Source: Cyanobacteria bacterium J06626_4 (GTDB lineage: Bacteria > Cyanobacteriota > Cyanobacteriia > Phormidesmidales > Phormidesmidaceae). Taken from it: 64,000 nucleotides of DNA. The notes beneath the pieces were generated by a model. That model had not been told where the DNA came from. It did not search any database and worked only from the letters and a program-made list of their open reading frames with translations. The DNA is taken from positions 32,001-96,000 of the forward strand of contig JBCBJQ010000005.1 in assembly GCA_038523235.1 (NCBI GenBank), read 5' to 3'. Both the position numbers and the translations under genes were made by a program. Of the stretch, positions 49,615-60,237 are shown one piece after another (positions within the stretch are counted from its first letter, which is position 1; each line of letters starts with the position of its first letter).

Positions 49615-50922
49615 CTATCCGCGACCCGTCACCGACAGCCCGGAAAGTAGCACCGAGGGAGTGTAGCAAGCCCCGTTCCAGTCGGCATCCTGACCCAAGG
49701 CAGCGAGTTGCAGCAGGGCCGTGTAGACATTCCCCGAAACCATCGTATCCTTTACCCGCCCCTGAATCTCGCCCTGCTTCACGCGATAGCCGAGATCAAC
49801 ATTGATGGAGAAATCGCCGGAAATTCCGGCGGTTTCTCCCAAAATCTGATCGACCACGATCGCGTCATCCAGCGTTTTGACTAACTCCTCAAATGTCGCT
49901 GAACCGGGCTGTACCAAGGTATTAAACAGACCCGGCGTCGGTGCACTGCCCAGGCCGGGGCGAAAGCCGTTGCCCGTCGAGCCGTCTCCGAGCTCTTTGC
50001 CGACGGTGCGATCGGTATAAAACAGACGCAACACGCCGCGCTCGATCAAAATTAGCTTTTGCGTTTGGGTGCCCTCATCATCAAAGGGGCAGCTAAACGG
50101 CCCGTCATCCGGGTCTTGATAGAGGGTCAAGGCTTCAGATGTGACCTGCTCACCGATGCGATCGCTCCAGGGTGACGAGCCTTCCAGCACTCGTTTGCCG
50201 CTCAGCGCTGCCTGCACGGCCCCCCACAGCGTATCAGCCGCTTTGGCGGTAAACAGTACGGGCACCCGGCCCACGGTGGGGGCGACATTGCGATCGGCCC
50301 AGTCTAACCGCATCAATACCTGTTGAGCCAGGGCCTCGGGTGACAAGGCATCGCGACAAACCTGGCCATCGCTCACGGTTAAAAAATCGTCGCCCCGCAC
50401 CCACTCCACCCCGAGATAGCTGCTCAGCGTGGTGTCGTGGTAGCCGTAGTCGATGCCGAGGGAGTTGACCAAGCGCGTCGTCTCGATATCACACTCTAGC
50501 TCGGCCTCGCAGATGACCTCAGGGTAGCGATCGCGAATTTGGGCGATGACACTTTCACCCCAGTTAATCATTTGCGTCACCGGCACCTCTACCCCCACAT
50601 CAGGGTATTGCTGAGCGGTGCCGCGACTGAGTTCAATCGCTTCGGGGTCGTTAAGCTGGCTGATGGCGATCGCTTTGTCGACCAGAGCCTGAGGCGCGAT
50701 CGGGCCATGGGCAACGGCAATGCCGGGGCGCCCCTCACGCCACAGTCGCAGGGCCGTACCCTCTAGCTGATTACTCTCTAGTTGCTTCAGGCGATTCGCT
50801 TCAAAATAAACGGGACGCGCCGACGAGCTGGACTGAAACACTTCGGCGGCTTCAGCACCGGTTCGTTTGGCCAAATCCAGCAGTTGTTCTGGCAAGGTAT
50901 CCCAATTGGCCTCTCCTCCCAT
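49615..50922 (-). CDS. TldD/PmbA family protein (PmbA/TldE-like)
   Basis: PFDDEG, STGNGFR and SGDFS...GRVKDTMVSGN; no HExxH seen. Confidence 0.9.
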   Translation of the reverse strand: MGGEANWDTLPEQLLDLAKRTGAEAAEVFQSSSSARPVYFEANRLKQLESNQLEGTALRLWREGRPGIAVAHGPIAPQALVDKAIAISQLNDPEAIELSRGTAQQYPDVGVEVPVTQMINWGESVIAQIRDRYPEVICEAELECDIETTRLVNSLGIDYGYHDTTLSSYLGVEWVRGDDFLTVSDGQVCRDALSPEALAQQVLMRLDWADRNVAPTVGRVPVLFTAKAADTLWGAVQAALSGKRVLEGSSPWSDRIGEQVTSEALTLYQDPDDGPFSCPFDDEGTQTQKLILIERGVLRLFYTDRTVGKELGDGSTGNGFRPGLGSAPTPGLFNTLVQPGSATFEELVKTLDDAIVVDQILGETAGISGDFSINVDLGYRVKQGEIQGRVKDTMVSGNVYTALLQLAALGQDADWNGACYTPSVLLSGLSVTGRG

Positions 50923-51141
50923 GCTGTATGCGTCGACCCCAAACCGCGTTTTAATATTTCCCTATCATCAGGGATCGGGGGCATTTCGACTAGTATTTGT
51001 CAGCGGAAACCCGCGAGGCTGGCCAGCCCTTGAGTCGCCTCGACTCGGCGGCCCGCGGTCAAGCTAAAACTGAGGTTATGGCGACGGCGGAGTGCCTCTA
51101 GCGCTTCTGAATTGAGCTGAGCTAACCCGGCCACCGCCCCC

Positions 51142-52089
51142 TCAGCCGTTAACGGGGTTGGCCATCACTGGGTTGGGCGGCAGCGGGCGATCGGCAATGG
51201 GCCAAACCTGCCGCAACGTTTCCATAAAGGCGTACACCGGGGGTGGCTGTAGGGCACCCGCCAGCTGAATCACCCCAATGACTCGCTCCATCGGCACGGG
51301 TGGCTCCGCCACCGTCAAATCGGGGGGAATCGGCTCCGCTGCCAGTTCTGCCATCAGCGTAATCCCCAACCCCTGCTGCACCATGCTGAGAATGGTAGAA
51401 TCTTCGCGCAGTTCATAGGCCGGATTCACCACCTGGCCCGCCTGGGCAAAATACTGATCGAGCAGGGTGCGGCAGCCATCAGTCGGTGGAGCCAGAATGA
51501 GGCGCTGCTGGGCCAGGGTTTCCCAATCGTAAGGCCGTGGCTCGGTGTCATCAGCGGGCACAATCACCACGTAGCGATCGCGCAACAATTCCCAAGCGTC
51601 AAAATCATCCTGAGTGGGCAAATAGGTAAACCCAATATCGGCTCGGCCTTGGCGCACTTCCTGCTCGACCTGATGGTAATGGGGTTGTTCTTCAATTTTG
51701 ACTTGAATGCCAGGATAAAACTGTTGAAATCGTTGAATCACCTCAGGCAAGATGTGGGTCGCGACGCTGCGAAATCCAGCAATGCGGACGAGGCCTTGTT
51801 GGAGGCCGCGTGACTGCTGGGCCAACTGCGCTATTTTTTCGAGAGACTGCATCATCAGCCGCGCTTCGGCGATCATGTCTTCACCCAGGGGCGTCAAGGT
51901 GGCCCCTTGGCGACCGCGATTGAACAGAACGACGCCCAAAACCTCTTCTAGCGTCGCGATCGCGTGACTCACTGAGGACTGCGACAAATCGAGCTGCAGC
52001 GCCGCATCACTAAATGTGCCCGTATCGGCGATCGCGACCAGGGCCCGTAGCTGCGAAATTTTGAGTCGATAGGGATTAATCTCACCCAT
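51142..52089 (-). CDS. LysR family transcriptional regulator
   Basis: GTFSDAALQLDLSQSSVSHAIATLEEVLGVVLFNR HTH. Confidence 0.95.
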   Translation of the reverse strand: MGEINPYRLKISQLRALVAIADTGTFSDAALQLDLSQSSVSHAIATLEEVLGVVLFNRGRQGATLTPLGEDMIAEARLMMQSLEKIAQLAQQSRGLQQGLVRIAGFRSVATHILPEVIQRFQQFYPGIQVKIEEQPHYHQVEQEVRQGRADIGFTYLPTQDDFDAWELLRDRYVVIVPADDTEPRPYDWETLAQQRLILAPPTDGCRTLLDQYFAQAGQVVNPAYELREDSTILSMVQQGLGITLMAELAAEPIPPDLTVAEPPVPMERVIGVIQLAGALQPPPVYAFMETLRQVWPIADRPLPPNPVMANPVNG

Positions 52090-52146
52090 GCCGCTAAATC
52101 CCTGATTCCATCCTCTAATAATAGACGGGGCCTCTTCACAACACCG

Positions 52147-52860
52147 ATGACTGATTTACTCTTAACCAGTTTGATCCTCTTTGGGGCGACGCTGATCTCC
52201 TCGACCTTTGGCTTTGGCAATGCTCTGTTTGCGATGCCCCTGTTGACGCTGCTATTGGATATTTCTACCGCGACGCCCCTGTTTGGGTTAGTGGGGCCAA
52301 CGATTTCGAGCATTATTTTGGCGCGCAACTGGCAGCGAGTCGAAGTGGCGTCAGCCTGGCGATTAATCACCACCACGCTGGTCGGCATTCCGGTTGGGGT
52401 TTGGCTGGTTAAGCAGGTGCCCAATGACCTGATTACTCAAGGTCTGGGCCTGTGTCTGGTGGGGTTTGGCCTCTATCGCTTGGGCAACTGGCAACTGGTC
52501 AAGCTCGAAGCGCCGGCCTGGGCAGTGCCGTTTGGCTTGGTAGCGGGCATTTTGGGCGGTGCTTATAACACCAATGGCCCACCCATCGTCATTTATGGTG
52601 AAATGCGGCGCTGGTCGCCAGCGGAGTTTCGCGCGACTTTACAAAGCTACTTTTTTCCAGCAGGGTTGGGGATTTTGCTCAGCCACGCGGCGGGAGGGCT
52701 CTGGCATGGCTATATCTTTCAGCTGTATGGCGTGGCGCTACCGGGCATCTTGGTGGCGATCGCCCTCGGGGGTTGGATCAATAATCGCCTATCGGTAGAG
52801 CGGTTTCAGAAATTACTGTCCGTTTTGCTAATCATGCTGGGCGCCCTACTTTGGCTATAA
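52147..52860 (+). CDS. sulfite exporter TauE/SafE family membrane protein
   Basis: STFGFGNAL and GILGGAYNTNGPP; hydrophobic throughout; divergent from the LysR gene. Confidence 0.88.
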   Translation: MTDLLLTSLILFGATLISSTFGFGNALFAMPLLTLLLDISTATPLFGLVGPTISSIILARNWQRVEVASAWRLITTTLVGIPVGVWLVKQVPNDLITQGLGLCLVGFGLYRLGNWQLVKLEAPAWAVPFGLVAGILGGAYNTNGPPIVIYGEMRRWSPAEFRATLQSYFFPAGLGILLSHAAGGLWHGYIFQLYGVALPGILVAIALGGWINNRLSVERFQKLLSVLLIMLGALLWL

Positions 52861-52930
52861 AAAGTGAGTTCAAATCCAGGACTTGTCAGAATCAAGCAGC
52901 GCGATCGTGTTCCCCTCGCTCCTCAACGCT

Positions 52931-53638
52931 ATGTCCTCTCTCTTTAATCCGCGTCACTCTCTGGCCCTCGTCAGTGGCCTCATAGCCTGGCTGGTCGTCA
53001 GCTGCACCCCTACCGACCCGGCTAGTTTGCGCCCCCTGGCGTCAGACACCGTTGACCTACCGGCCCCGACTACAATAACTCCACCCAGGCCACCGGATCT
53101 GACCGTGATGACAGCGTCTCCGGCGTTAGATCAAGCTGCGATTTGGCAGCGACTGCAGCAGCCCGACCGGCTTTATGTAGTGGTGCTGCGCCATGCCTTG
53201 GCCCCTGGGAGCGGTGACCCGGCCAACTTTCAGCTCGATGACTGTGCCACCCAGCGCAATTTATCTGCCGAAGGCCGAACCCAAGCCCAGCAGATCGGTC
53301 AGGCCTTTCGCGATCGCAACGTCACGGTACGGCAGGTCTGGTCAAGCCAGTGGTGTCGCTGTTTAGACACGGCAGAGCTCATGGCGGTCGGGCCGGTCGA
53401 GCCGTTGCCCGCGCTGAATTCATTTTTCCGCGATCGCAGCCAGGCGGCGACGCAAACTGAGGCGCTTAAAGAGCATTTCTGGCAGCAGGCCGAGCAGCCC
53501 GGTGTGGTTGTGATGGTGACCCATCAGGTCAATATCACCGAACTGACAGATATCGTGCCGCGATCGGGTGAGGCGGTCGTGATTCAAGTCGATGACACCG
53601 GCCTGACGCACCTGGGTCAGTTCATGCCAGAGCGATAA
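52931..53638 (+). CDS. histidine phosphatase family protein, probable lipoprotein
   Basis: LRHALAPG, QRNLSAEGR, SSQWCRC and VTHQVNI; lipobox-like LVVSC. Confidence 0.85.
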   Translation: MSSLFNPRHSLALVSGLIAWLVVSCTPTDPASLRPLASDTVDLPAPTTITPPRPPDLTVMTASPALDQAAIWQRLQQPDRLYVVVLRHALAPGSGDPANFQLDDCATQRNLSAEGRTQAQQIGQAFRDRNVTVRQVWSSQWCRCLDTAELMAVGPVEPLPALNSFFRDRSQAATQTEALKEHFWQQAEQPGVVVMVTHQVNITELTDIVPRSGEAVVIQVDDTGLTHLGQFMPER

Positions 53639-53705
53639 AACGTCGATGGGGGTGCGATCGCGCTACAGTAATCACGCCGCTATTGCCCCCGATTTACGTC
53701 TCACT

Positions 53706-54362
53706 ATGCCAGCTCACGGCCCTCAGACAGACTATCAAGACGGTCTATTTGACCGGATTTTCATTCGGTTGTTTAGCCGCAAAATGGCCAATGCAGTGGG
53801 TCAGAAGACGAGCTTGACCGGCTACGAGGGGTTTGTCGATCTGTCACAAAAAATTATGCAGGGGCGCAATGCTCAACAGCAGCAAGCCCTGGTCGCGGTG
53901 GTGTTGAAATCGCTGGTACCGGCTCCCGTCCTATGGCTGATTCGCACCCTATCTTCGCCGACTCAGCTGGTTTGTGAACTCAATGCCTGGTTTGCTACCG
54001 TGCTGTTTGAATGGCTGGTGGGGCCTTGTGAAGTCACAGAAGTGACGGTAGCGGGGAACGACGGCGAATCGCGATCGCAAAAAAGCGGCGTCCACATTAC
54101 AAAGTGCCGCTATTTAGAACAAAGTCGCTGCGTGGGTATGTGCGTCAACATGTGCAAGCTGCCCACCCAAAATTTCTTCACCCAAGACTTTGGTATTCCC
54201 CTCACCATGACGCCCAACTTTGAAGATTTCAGTTGCGAAATGGTGTTCGGGGCGGTGCCGCCCGCCCTCGAAACTGAAGACTGCTATCAGACTCCCTGTT
54301 TGGTCGAGCACTGTGCCGTGGCTCCCGCGACCGCAAAACCTTGTCCCAAAGTCCGCCAGTAG
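53706..54362 (+). CDS. DUF4033 / beta-carotene isomerase D27-like protein
   Basis: FEWLVGPCEV, KCRYLEQSRCVGMCVNMCKLPTQNFF and MTPNFEDFSCEMVFG. Confidence 0.88.
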   Translation: MPAHGPQTDYQDGLFDRIFIRLFSRKMANAVGQKTSLTGYEGFVDLSQKIMQGRNAQQQQALVAVVLKSLVPAPVLWLIRTLSSPTQLVCELNAWFATVLFEWLVGPCEVTEVTVAGNDGESRSQKSGVHITKCRYLEQSRCVGMCVNMCKLPTQNFFTQDFGIPLTMTPNFEDFSCEMVFGAVPPALETEDCYQTPCLVEHCAVAPATAKPCPKVRQ

Positions 54363-54414
54363 AAAGGCTAGATTTGGCCCGGGCAGCGATCGCCTGCCGC
54401 CGTTGACGCGACCT

Positions 54415-55410
54415 TTAACCCCAGGTAAAAATTGCGGCGCCCCAGCTCAAACCGGCTCCAAAGCCTGAGGAAGCCACGACATCACCGGTTTTAACCTTAC
54501 CCTCGCGCACTGCTTCATCCAACGCGATGGGAATCGATGCCGCTGACGTATTGCCGTGGCGAGCCATATTGCTCAGCACCCGCTCCGCCGGTACGGCTAA
54601 ACGGTTGGCGACGGCCTCTAAAATCCGCTGGTTTGCCTGGTGCAGCAGCAGCCAATCAATCTCAGCGGCGGTCAGACCCGCATGGAACAACGCCTTTTCC
54701 AAAATTTCAGGGACTCGTTTTACGGCGAAGCGATATACCTCTTTGCCGTTCATCGTGACGGGCTGAAACGTCCCGGTTTGGATGGTGGTATCCCCCACCA
54801 AAGGTTTTGACTCAGCCTGATAGGTCAAGTTAAGACAGCCATTAAGGGCACCGTCGCTGCGCAACTCAAAGCCGAGAAGCCGGTCGCGATCGCTGGCCCG
54901 CAGCAGGACTGCCCCCGCGCCATCGCCAAACAACACACAAGTGCGGCGATCGCTCCAGTCCGTCCACCGTGACAGGACATCGGCCCCAATCACCAGCACC
55001 GTGCCGTAGACGCCCAGGCGCATATACTGCGCTGCCGTCACCAACGCAAACACGAAACCCGAGCAGGCGGCAGTCAAATCGAAGGCCACAGCACGGCTGG
55101 CCCCGAGTCGCGCCTGCACCTGGGCCGCACTGCCAAACAAATCATCGGGAGTCGAAGTGGCCAAAATAATCAGGTCAACGTCGGTCGGGTCACAATGGCC
55201 CATGGCTAACGCGGCTGTTCCGGCCTCAGCCGCCAAGCTCGCTAGAGAATCTTGCGCCGTGACCACCTGTCGCTGGCGAATGCCCGTTCGCGTGGCAATC
55301 CATTCATCGGAGGTGTCAACCACTTGGCTTAGGTCGCCATTACTCAAGGTGGCGGCTAGACGGGCAGACCCGCTACCGACCAGGGACAGCCCACGTTGCG
55401 TCTGTTGCAC
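54415..55410 (-). CDS. fabH: 3-oxoacyl-ACP synthase III
   Basis: DTSDEWIATRTGIR, AACSGF, FGDGAGA, HQANQRI and GNTSAAS; GTG start. Confidence 0.97.
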   Translation of the reverse strand: MQQTQRGLSLVGSGSARLAATLSNGDLSQVVDTSDEWIATRTGIRQRQVVTAQDSLASLAAEAGTAALAMGHCDPTDVDLIILATSTPDDLFGSAAQVQARLGASRAVAFDLTAACSGFVFALVTAAQYMRLGVYGTVLVIGADVLSRWTDWSDRRTCVLFGDGAGAVLLRASDRDRLLGFELRSDGALNGCLNLTYQAESKPLVGDTTIQTGTFQPVTMNGKEVYRFAVKRVPEILEKALFHAGLTAAEIDWLLLHQANQRILEAVANRLAVPAERVLSNMARHGNTSAASIPIALDEAVREGKVKTGDVVASSGFGAGLSWGAAIFTWG

Positions 55411-55412
55411 GA

Positions 55413-56447
55413 TTACTCTCCATCTGCCGCCGGCATAGCAACCTTTTGGTACTGGGCCTGAATCCGGTCTAACACCTGATTGTCAACGGCTTCTTTAGCT
55501 AAGCGAATCGCATTAAAGATCGAGGGCGCTTGCGAACTGCCGTGGCTAATCACGGCGATGCCCGCGACGCCGAGCAGCAGCCCACCGCCATGCTCGGCAT
55601 GGTCAACTCGCTGCTTAATCCGCTGCAAATTATCTTTCAGGACCAGAGTGCCCACCTTACCACGCACCCCTCGGGGCAACTCTTCGCGCAAAATCTGCAG
55701 CACCGATTCACCCACGGCTTCAGCAAACTTCAGCAAGACATTGCCGACAAAACCATCACAGACCACCACATCAAACTGTCCTGAGAGGACGTCTCGCCCT
55801 TCAGCATTCCCGACAAACGATACGCTTGGATGCTTCTCTAGCAGCTCATGCGCCTGCACTGCAGCATCGTTGCCTTTGCTGGGCTCTTCGCCGATATTCA
55901 GCAGCCCCACTTGGGGGTTCTCAATCCCCAAGACGTATTTGGAATACACCATGCCCATGACGGCAAACTGCTCCAAATACTTGGGCCGACAATCGACATT
56001 GGCACCTACATCTAAAATCAGCACGGGCTGATCCATCAAAACGGTGGGAAACACGGCCCCAATCGCCGGGCGATCGATGCCCTTGAGTCGCCCTAACCGC
56101 AGCAGGGCTGCCGCCATCGCCGCTCCCGAATGCCCAGCTGAAACCACGGCATCGGCTTCTCCGCCTTTGACCAAATCCATTGCCACATTAATTGAGGCCT
56201 TGCGCTTACGCCGCAAAGCGCTCAGGGGCTCTTCGTGCATTTCAATCGTGCCTTCGGCGGGCACAATTTTGATGCCGTCAAGATTGTCGAAATTCGCAGT
56301 CGCCGCCTTGATTTTTTCCGGGTCACCGACGAGCAGGATGTCTGCATCCAGCTCAGCCTGAGCTCTGATGGCACCGGTCACGATTTCGGCGGGTGCGTGA
56401 TCGCCACCCATAGCATCTACGGCGATTCGAGCGCGAGTCGCTACCAT
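55413..56447 (-). CDS. plsX: phosphate acyltransferase
   Basis: IAVDAMGGDHAP, SAGHSGA, LDVGANVD, NIGEEPSKG and VCDGFVGN. Confidence 0.97.
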   Translation of the reverse strand: MVATRARIAVDAMGGDHAPAEIVTGAIRAQAELDADILLVGDPEKIKAATANFDNLDGIKIVPAEGTIEMHEEPLSALRRKRKASINVAMDLVKGGEADAVVSAGHSGAAMAAALLRLGRLKGIDRPAIGAVFPTVLMDQPVLILDVGANVDCRPKYLEQFAVMGMVYSKYVLGIENPQVGLLNIGEEPSKGNDAAVQAHELLEKHPSVSFVGNAEGRDVLSGQFDVVVCDGFVGNVLLKFAEAVGESVLQILREELPRGVRGKVGTLVLKDNLQRIKQRVDHAEHGGGLLLGVAGIAVISHGSSQAPSIFNAIRLAKEAVDNQVLDRIQAQYQKVAMPAADGE

Positions 56448-56502
56448 GGACTAAATTCTGTAAAAACTGAAAAGATCTTAGCAGACTACCTCTCCACCAG
56501 GC

Positions 56503-57234
56503 CTACAATTCCTCGCCCGGTTCGACAATTCGCTGGAACAGGTAACCGGTGCCTCGCGCCGTCAAAATCAGTTCGGGGTTGCTGGGGTCTTCCTCTAATT
56601 TGGCCCGCAGGCGAGAAATATGCACATCGACCACCCGCGTATCGACGTGGCGTTCGGGTGTATACCCCCACACTTCTTGCAGGATTTCGGCTCGTGAAAA
56701 GGGCTCGCCTGACCGACTGACCAGCAGCTCCAGCAGGCTAAACTCCATGCCGGTAAGCCGAATGCGTTCGTCACCCTTATAGACCTGACGCTTATTGGTA
56801 TCAATGCGGATGGCGTTGATCGAAATCACACCCGAACTCGGAATGCCCGTGGCCTGACTCTTATCAACCCGTCTCAGCACGGAGCGAATGCGGGCTTCTA
56901 GCTCTTTTGGCGAAAACGGCTTGACCACATAGTCATCGGCCCCTAGCTCTAAGCCGGTGATGCGATCGGCCACATCCCCTAAGGCCGTCAGCATAATGAT
57001 AGGAATATCGGACTCTTTGCGCAGCTCTTGACAGACACCATAGCCATCGAGCTTGGGCATCATCACATCGAGCACAACCAAGTCAGGGCAAGACGTGTGG
57101 AACGTTTCGATCGCCTCTTCACCATCGGCAGCAGTCACCACGTCATAGCCAATCATCGACAAGCGGGTTTCTAGAATCCGGCGAATACTCGCTTCATCGT
57201 CGACCACCAAAATCTTTTCTTTCGTACTTTCCAA
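56503..57234 (-). CDS. rpaB: OmpR-family response regulator RpaB
   Basis: KEKILVVDDEASIRRILETRLSMIGY and WGYTPERHVDTRVVDVHISRLR; TTG start at 57234; upstream of plsX. Confidence 0.95.
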   Translation of the reverse strand: MESTKEKILVVDDEASIRRILETRLSMIGYDVVTAADGEEAIETFHTSCPDLVVLDVMMPKLDGYGVCQELRKESDIPIIMLTALGDVADRITGLELGADDYVVKPFSPKELEARIRSVLRRVDKSQATGIPSSGVISINAIRIDTNKRQVYKGDERIRLTGMEFSLLELLVSRSGEPFSRAEILQEVWGYTPERHVDTRVVDVHISRLRAKLEEDPSNPELILTARGTGYLFQRIVEPGEEL

Positions 57235-57946
57235 AGCGGCTGCTACTCCCAACGAACGCTTAACTAATCGACAGACTCTTTATCGAGCAATAAGTAAATC
57301 TAGCCGTGCGAATAATTTTTGTACATTAATGTTGAATCGTAAATTATTTTATGACGTTTACCTGCGCTCTGATTCACTGCCGGTGAGGTTTCTAGTATTT
57401 CTTAAGATTTATTAGCATGTTGAGTCGTAATAAAGTGATGCAAACCGGATCTTGACTCCAGCAGCTTTCTTAGTGTAAGTAATTATTCCTAAAATTATTC
57501 ACTTTTGTGGGTCCTCATCAGCATCAGAGAGATGCCCTAAGGGCTCAGGATATAAGCTCGCTGCATATCTCAGTACAAAAAATCTGATTAGAGAGTATTT
57601 AGTAGCCCGCTTACTACTGGCTGGTTTTGGCCGTTTGCGGGTCAATCTCAGGCTGCAAATCATGACTCATGAGCCCAGATTGCCCCGCTCAAAGCGCTGA
57701 TTAAAACCGGCGATTGCCCGGCTCGAAGTTGCTAAGATATCTCTATTAAACCGATAGCTAAATAGCCGCATAAATTCACCAAAATGCGGCCTTTTACCGC
57801 TCTTTTCGTTCAATTCTCCTCGCCTCATCGTCCAAACTGGATGTCGGTCAATTGTCTTGTGGTGCACTGTGTCCCCTGTCGAAGCGATCGCTCTGCAAAG
57901 ATGAGCCCAGCGTGCCTCAGCATCCCTACAGAGTTACGGAAGAAAA

Positions 57947-59221
57947 ATGGTTCAACTGCGCCAATCCACTGTTTGGGGGATGTTTGCCTTATTTGGGGCG
58001 ATCTTGACAGGGGTCGCCGTCGCTACCCGCACGCCGCCGTCGGTCTCTAGCCTGCCGGAGAGCAGCCAAGCGCCGGACAGTACTGCCATCGCCTCGTCTA
58101 GTGCCGGGACTCCCTCATTCTTGGTGGTCGCGGGCGGGGGGGCTCCTAGCTACAACGAGATTGCGTTAGAAAAAAACGTGCACTATTTTCAGCGCACGCT
58201 CGACCACCAGGGCTGGGATGCAGCGATCGCCACCCTGTTCTTCGCCAACGGTAACGACGGTCAGGCGACAGTGCGCTACATCGACCCGTTGGGGCGTGAA
58301 CGGTTTAAGGTGCCTGAGATTACTGGGTTGACCGGAGCGGCCACGGTTCCCAACGTGCAAGCTTGGTTAGATAACTATCCTCAAACCGCTCAGGGTGCCA
58401 ACGACTGCCCAGCGTTTATGTACTTCACCGGGCATGGCGCTCTCAACACCAACAACGATGACAACAATTCCCTCATCCTCTGGGAAGAAGAGTTGCTGTC
58501 GGTGCAAGCGCTGGCCCAAACCCTTGACCGGTGGCCTACCGAGATTCCCTTTGTCACCATGATGGCGCAGTGCTATGCGGGCTCATTTGCCAATGTGATT
58601 TACGAGCAGGGCGACCCCGCTCAACCCGTAGCGCTGCAAAGTCGCTGTGGCTTTTTTGCCACCGTTAAAAGCCGCCCGTCTGTGGGCTGCACGCCCCTGG
58701 TGAACGAAGCTGATTATCGCGACTATAGCTCTAGCTTTTTTGCCGGCCTCAGCGGTCGAGATCGCCTGGGTCATGCAGTTGAATCTGCCGATTATGACGG
58801 TAACGGTACGATCTCGTTTGCAGAGGCCCACGCTTTTGCCAAGGTCGATGGGGAAACCCCTGACTGGCCAATCTCGACTTCAGAGACTTGGCTACAGCGG
58901 CAAGTGGCGACTGGCGAACAACGACGCCTCCTTGCACAACCTATGCAAGTTTGGCTGGATTATGCCCGCCCTGAACAGCGTTACGTCATCACCGCTCTGA
59001 TCGCCAAATTAGGCTATCGGCCACAAGAGGCCTTTGACACTGTGCCGGTGCCCAAGGCTCGTTTAATGAGCCCACCGCAGGAGGTATTGACCGCCTATTA
59101 CATGCGGCTGCGGATGGAACTGATTAACGTCGCGGTCACGGCACAACTCCAGACCGAGGCCGACGAGACGACCCTCAAGACGCTAAATCAACTGCTGGAT
59201 TGCGAAGCCGGTAGCTGGTGA
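57947..59221 (+). CDS. exported clan CD (caspase/legumain-like) cysteine peptidase with an EF-hand-like loop
   Basis: N-terminal hydrophobic segment, YFTGHG and MAQCYAGSF dyad motifs, DYDGNGTISFAE loop. Confidence 0.7.
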   Translation: MVQLRQSTVWGMFALFGAILTGVAVATRTPPSVSSLPESSQAPDSTAIASSSAGTPSFLVVAGGGAPSYNEIALEKNVHYFQRTLDHQGWDAAIATLFFANGNDGQATVRYIDPLGRERFKVPEITGLTGAATVPNVQAWLDNYPQTAQGANDCPAFMYFTGHGALNTNNDDNNSLILWEEELLSVQALAQTLDRWPTEIPFVTMMAQCYAGSFANVIYEQGDPAQPVALQSRCGFFATVKSRPSVGCTPLVNEADYRDYSSSFFAGLSGRDRLGHAVESADYDGNGTISFAEAHAFAKVDGETPDWPISTSETWLQRQVATGEQRRLLAQPMQVWLDYARPEQRYVITALIAKLGYRPQEAFDTVPVPKARLMSPPQEVLTAYYMRLRMELINVAVTAQLQTEADETTLKTLNQLLDCEAGSW

Positions 59222-59285
59222 ACAGCACCTGAGTCAGCTCAGCCGCAGTGCTCAACTTGCCTTCAACCTGAACAAAAGTTGTCAG

Positions 59286-60068
59286 TTACATAAAGGAGGA
59301 GAGCGATCGCCGCTGCCGGACGTCTTCAGTATTCACCAAACTCGTCTCCGGCCAGTCTAAGCGATGCTGAAATTGTTCCGAAACCACCGTCACGTCTGAA
59401 GCTGGGGGCGATTGAGGCGGTAGCACCGGTTCCTGCGGTGCCGACGTCCCCGGTCGGGGTTGAGGGGGTGCCATCAACGGTTGAGCCGGATTGTAGGCAT
59501 CTAAGCGAGGCACTTTGGCGCCCCCTGGCTGAGCAGTGTGGGCGGGCCTTTGACCGCGCTGACGCGCCCCTAAAAGCAGTTGTTTCAGCGGTTTTTGGGA
59601 GGGCCGAGGCGACGGTTTACGGCGGACTCGTCGCGGCGACTTGAGCACCACCGATAGTAGCCAGCACCCGATCGCACAGGTGCCGACTAACGCGACTAGC
59701 GTCCAGAACGAGAGTTCATACTTGCTAGCCGCGATCGCCTCGGTCTCTGATGCCGCTGCGGGGTCTAAGTCTTCCGCCGGCGCATTGTCCGGAGTGGCGT
59801 TGGGTGAGGCGGCGGCATCTAGCTGTTCGTGGGGATACGCCTCAACCCCGGCAGTATGGCCTTCAGTGCCATCCACATGGGTGCGTAGCAGTTGCCCATA
59901 GGCCAATAGCACAATCGCCAACAGCCCGACCCAAATGCTGGCCAGCACGCCGAGAGGACGATAGGCGGCTAAGCGCGTCCACATTTGTCGTTGACCAAAC
60001 AACCGTGAAGCCACCGGGGTGGAACGCCGAGAAGGTGCTAAGGCTCTGCGAGGAACGCGACCAGACAT
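59286..60068 (-). CDS. hypothetical membrane protein with two hydrophobic segments and a Pro/Arg-rich tail
   Basis: 260-aa ORF ending DVRQRRSLSSFM. Confidence 0.65.
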   Translation of the reverse strand: MSGRVPRRALAPSRRSTPVASRLFGQRQMWTRLAAYRPLGVLASIWVGLLAIVLLAYGQLLRTHVDGTEGHTAGVEAYPHEQLDAAASPNATPDNAPAEDLDPAAASETEAIAASKYELSFWTLVALVGTCAIGCWLLSVVLKSPRRVRRKPSPRPSQKPLKQLLLGARQRGQRPAHTAQPGGAKVPRLDAYNPAQPLMAPPQPRPGTSAPQEPVLPPQSPPASDVTVVSEQFQHRLDWPETSLVNTEDVRQRRSLSSFM

Positions 60069-60237
60069 AAGGGAAGGGAGGACGGAATTTCAGTTACCGC
60101 AATTCTAGAAGTTCAGTTCGTGTTCTGCCAGCCCACACCAACAATCTCCATATCGGCGGCGGCGCAAGCCATGCCGGTGATGCCGTGTCCACCAGGTCCT
60201 CACCGCTGCCTCAGCAGACCGTCAGCGGGGTAAATTA

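Noticed and set aside
57253..57946. Small ORFs and partial HLR1-like words upstream of rpaB
   Set aside because: AT-rich promoter-like DNA with no complete direct repeat or credible protein
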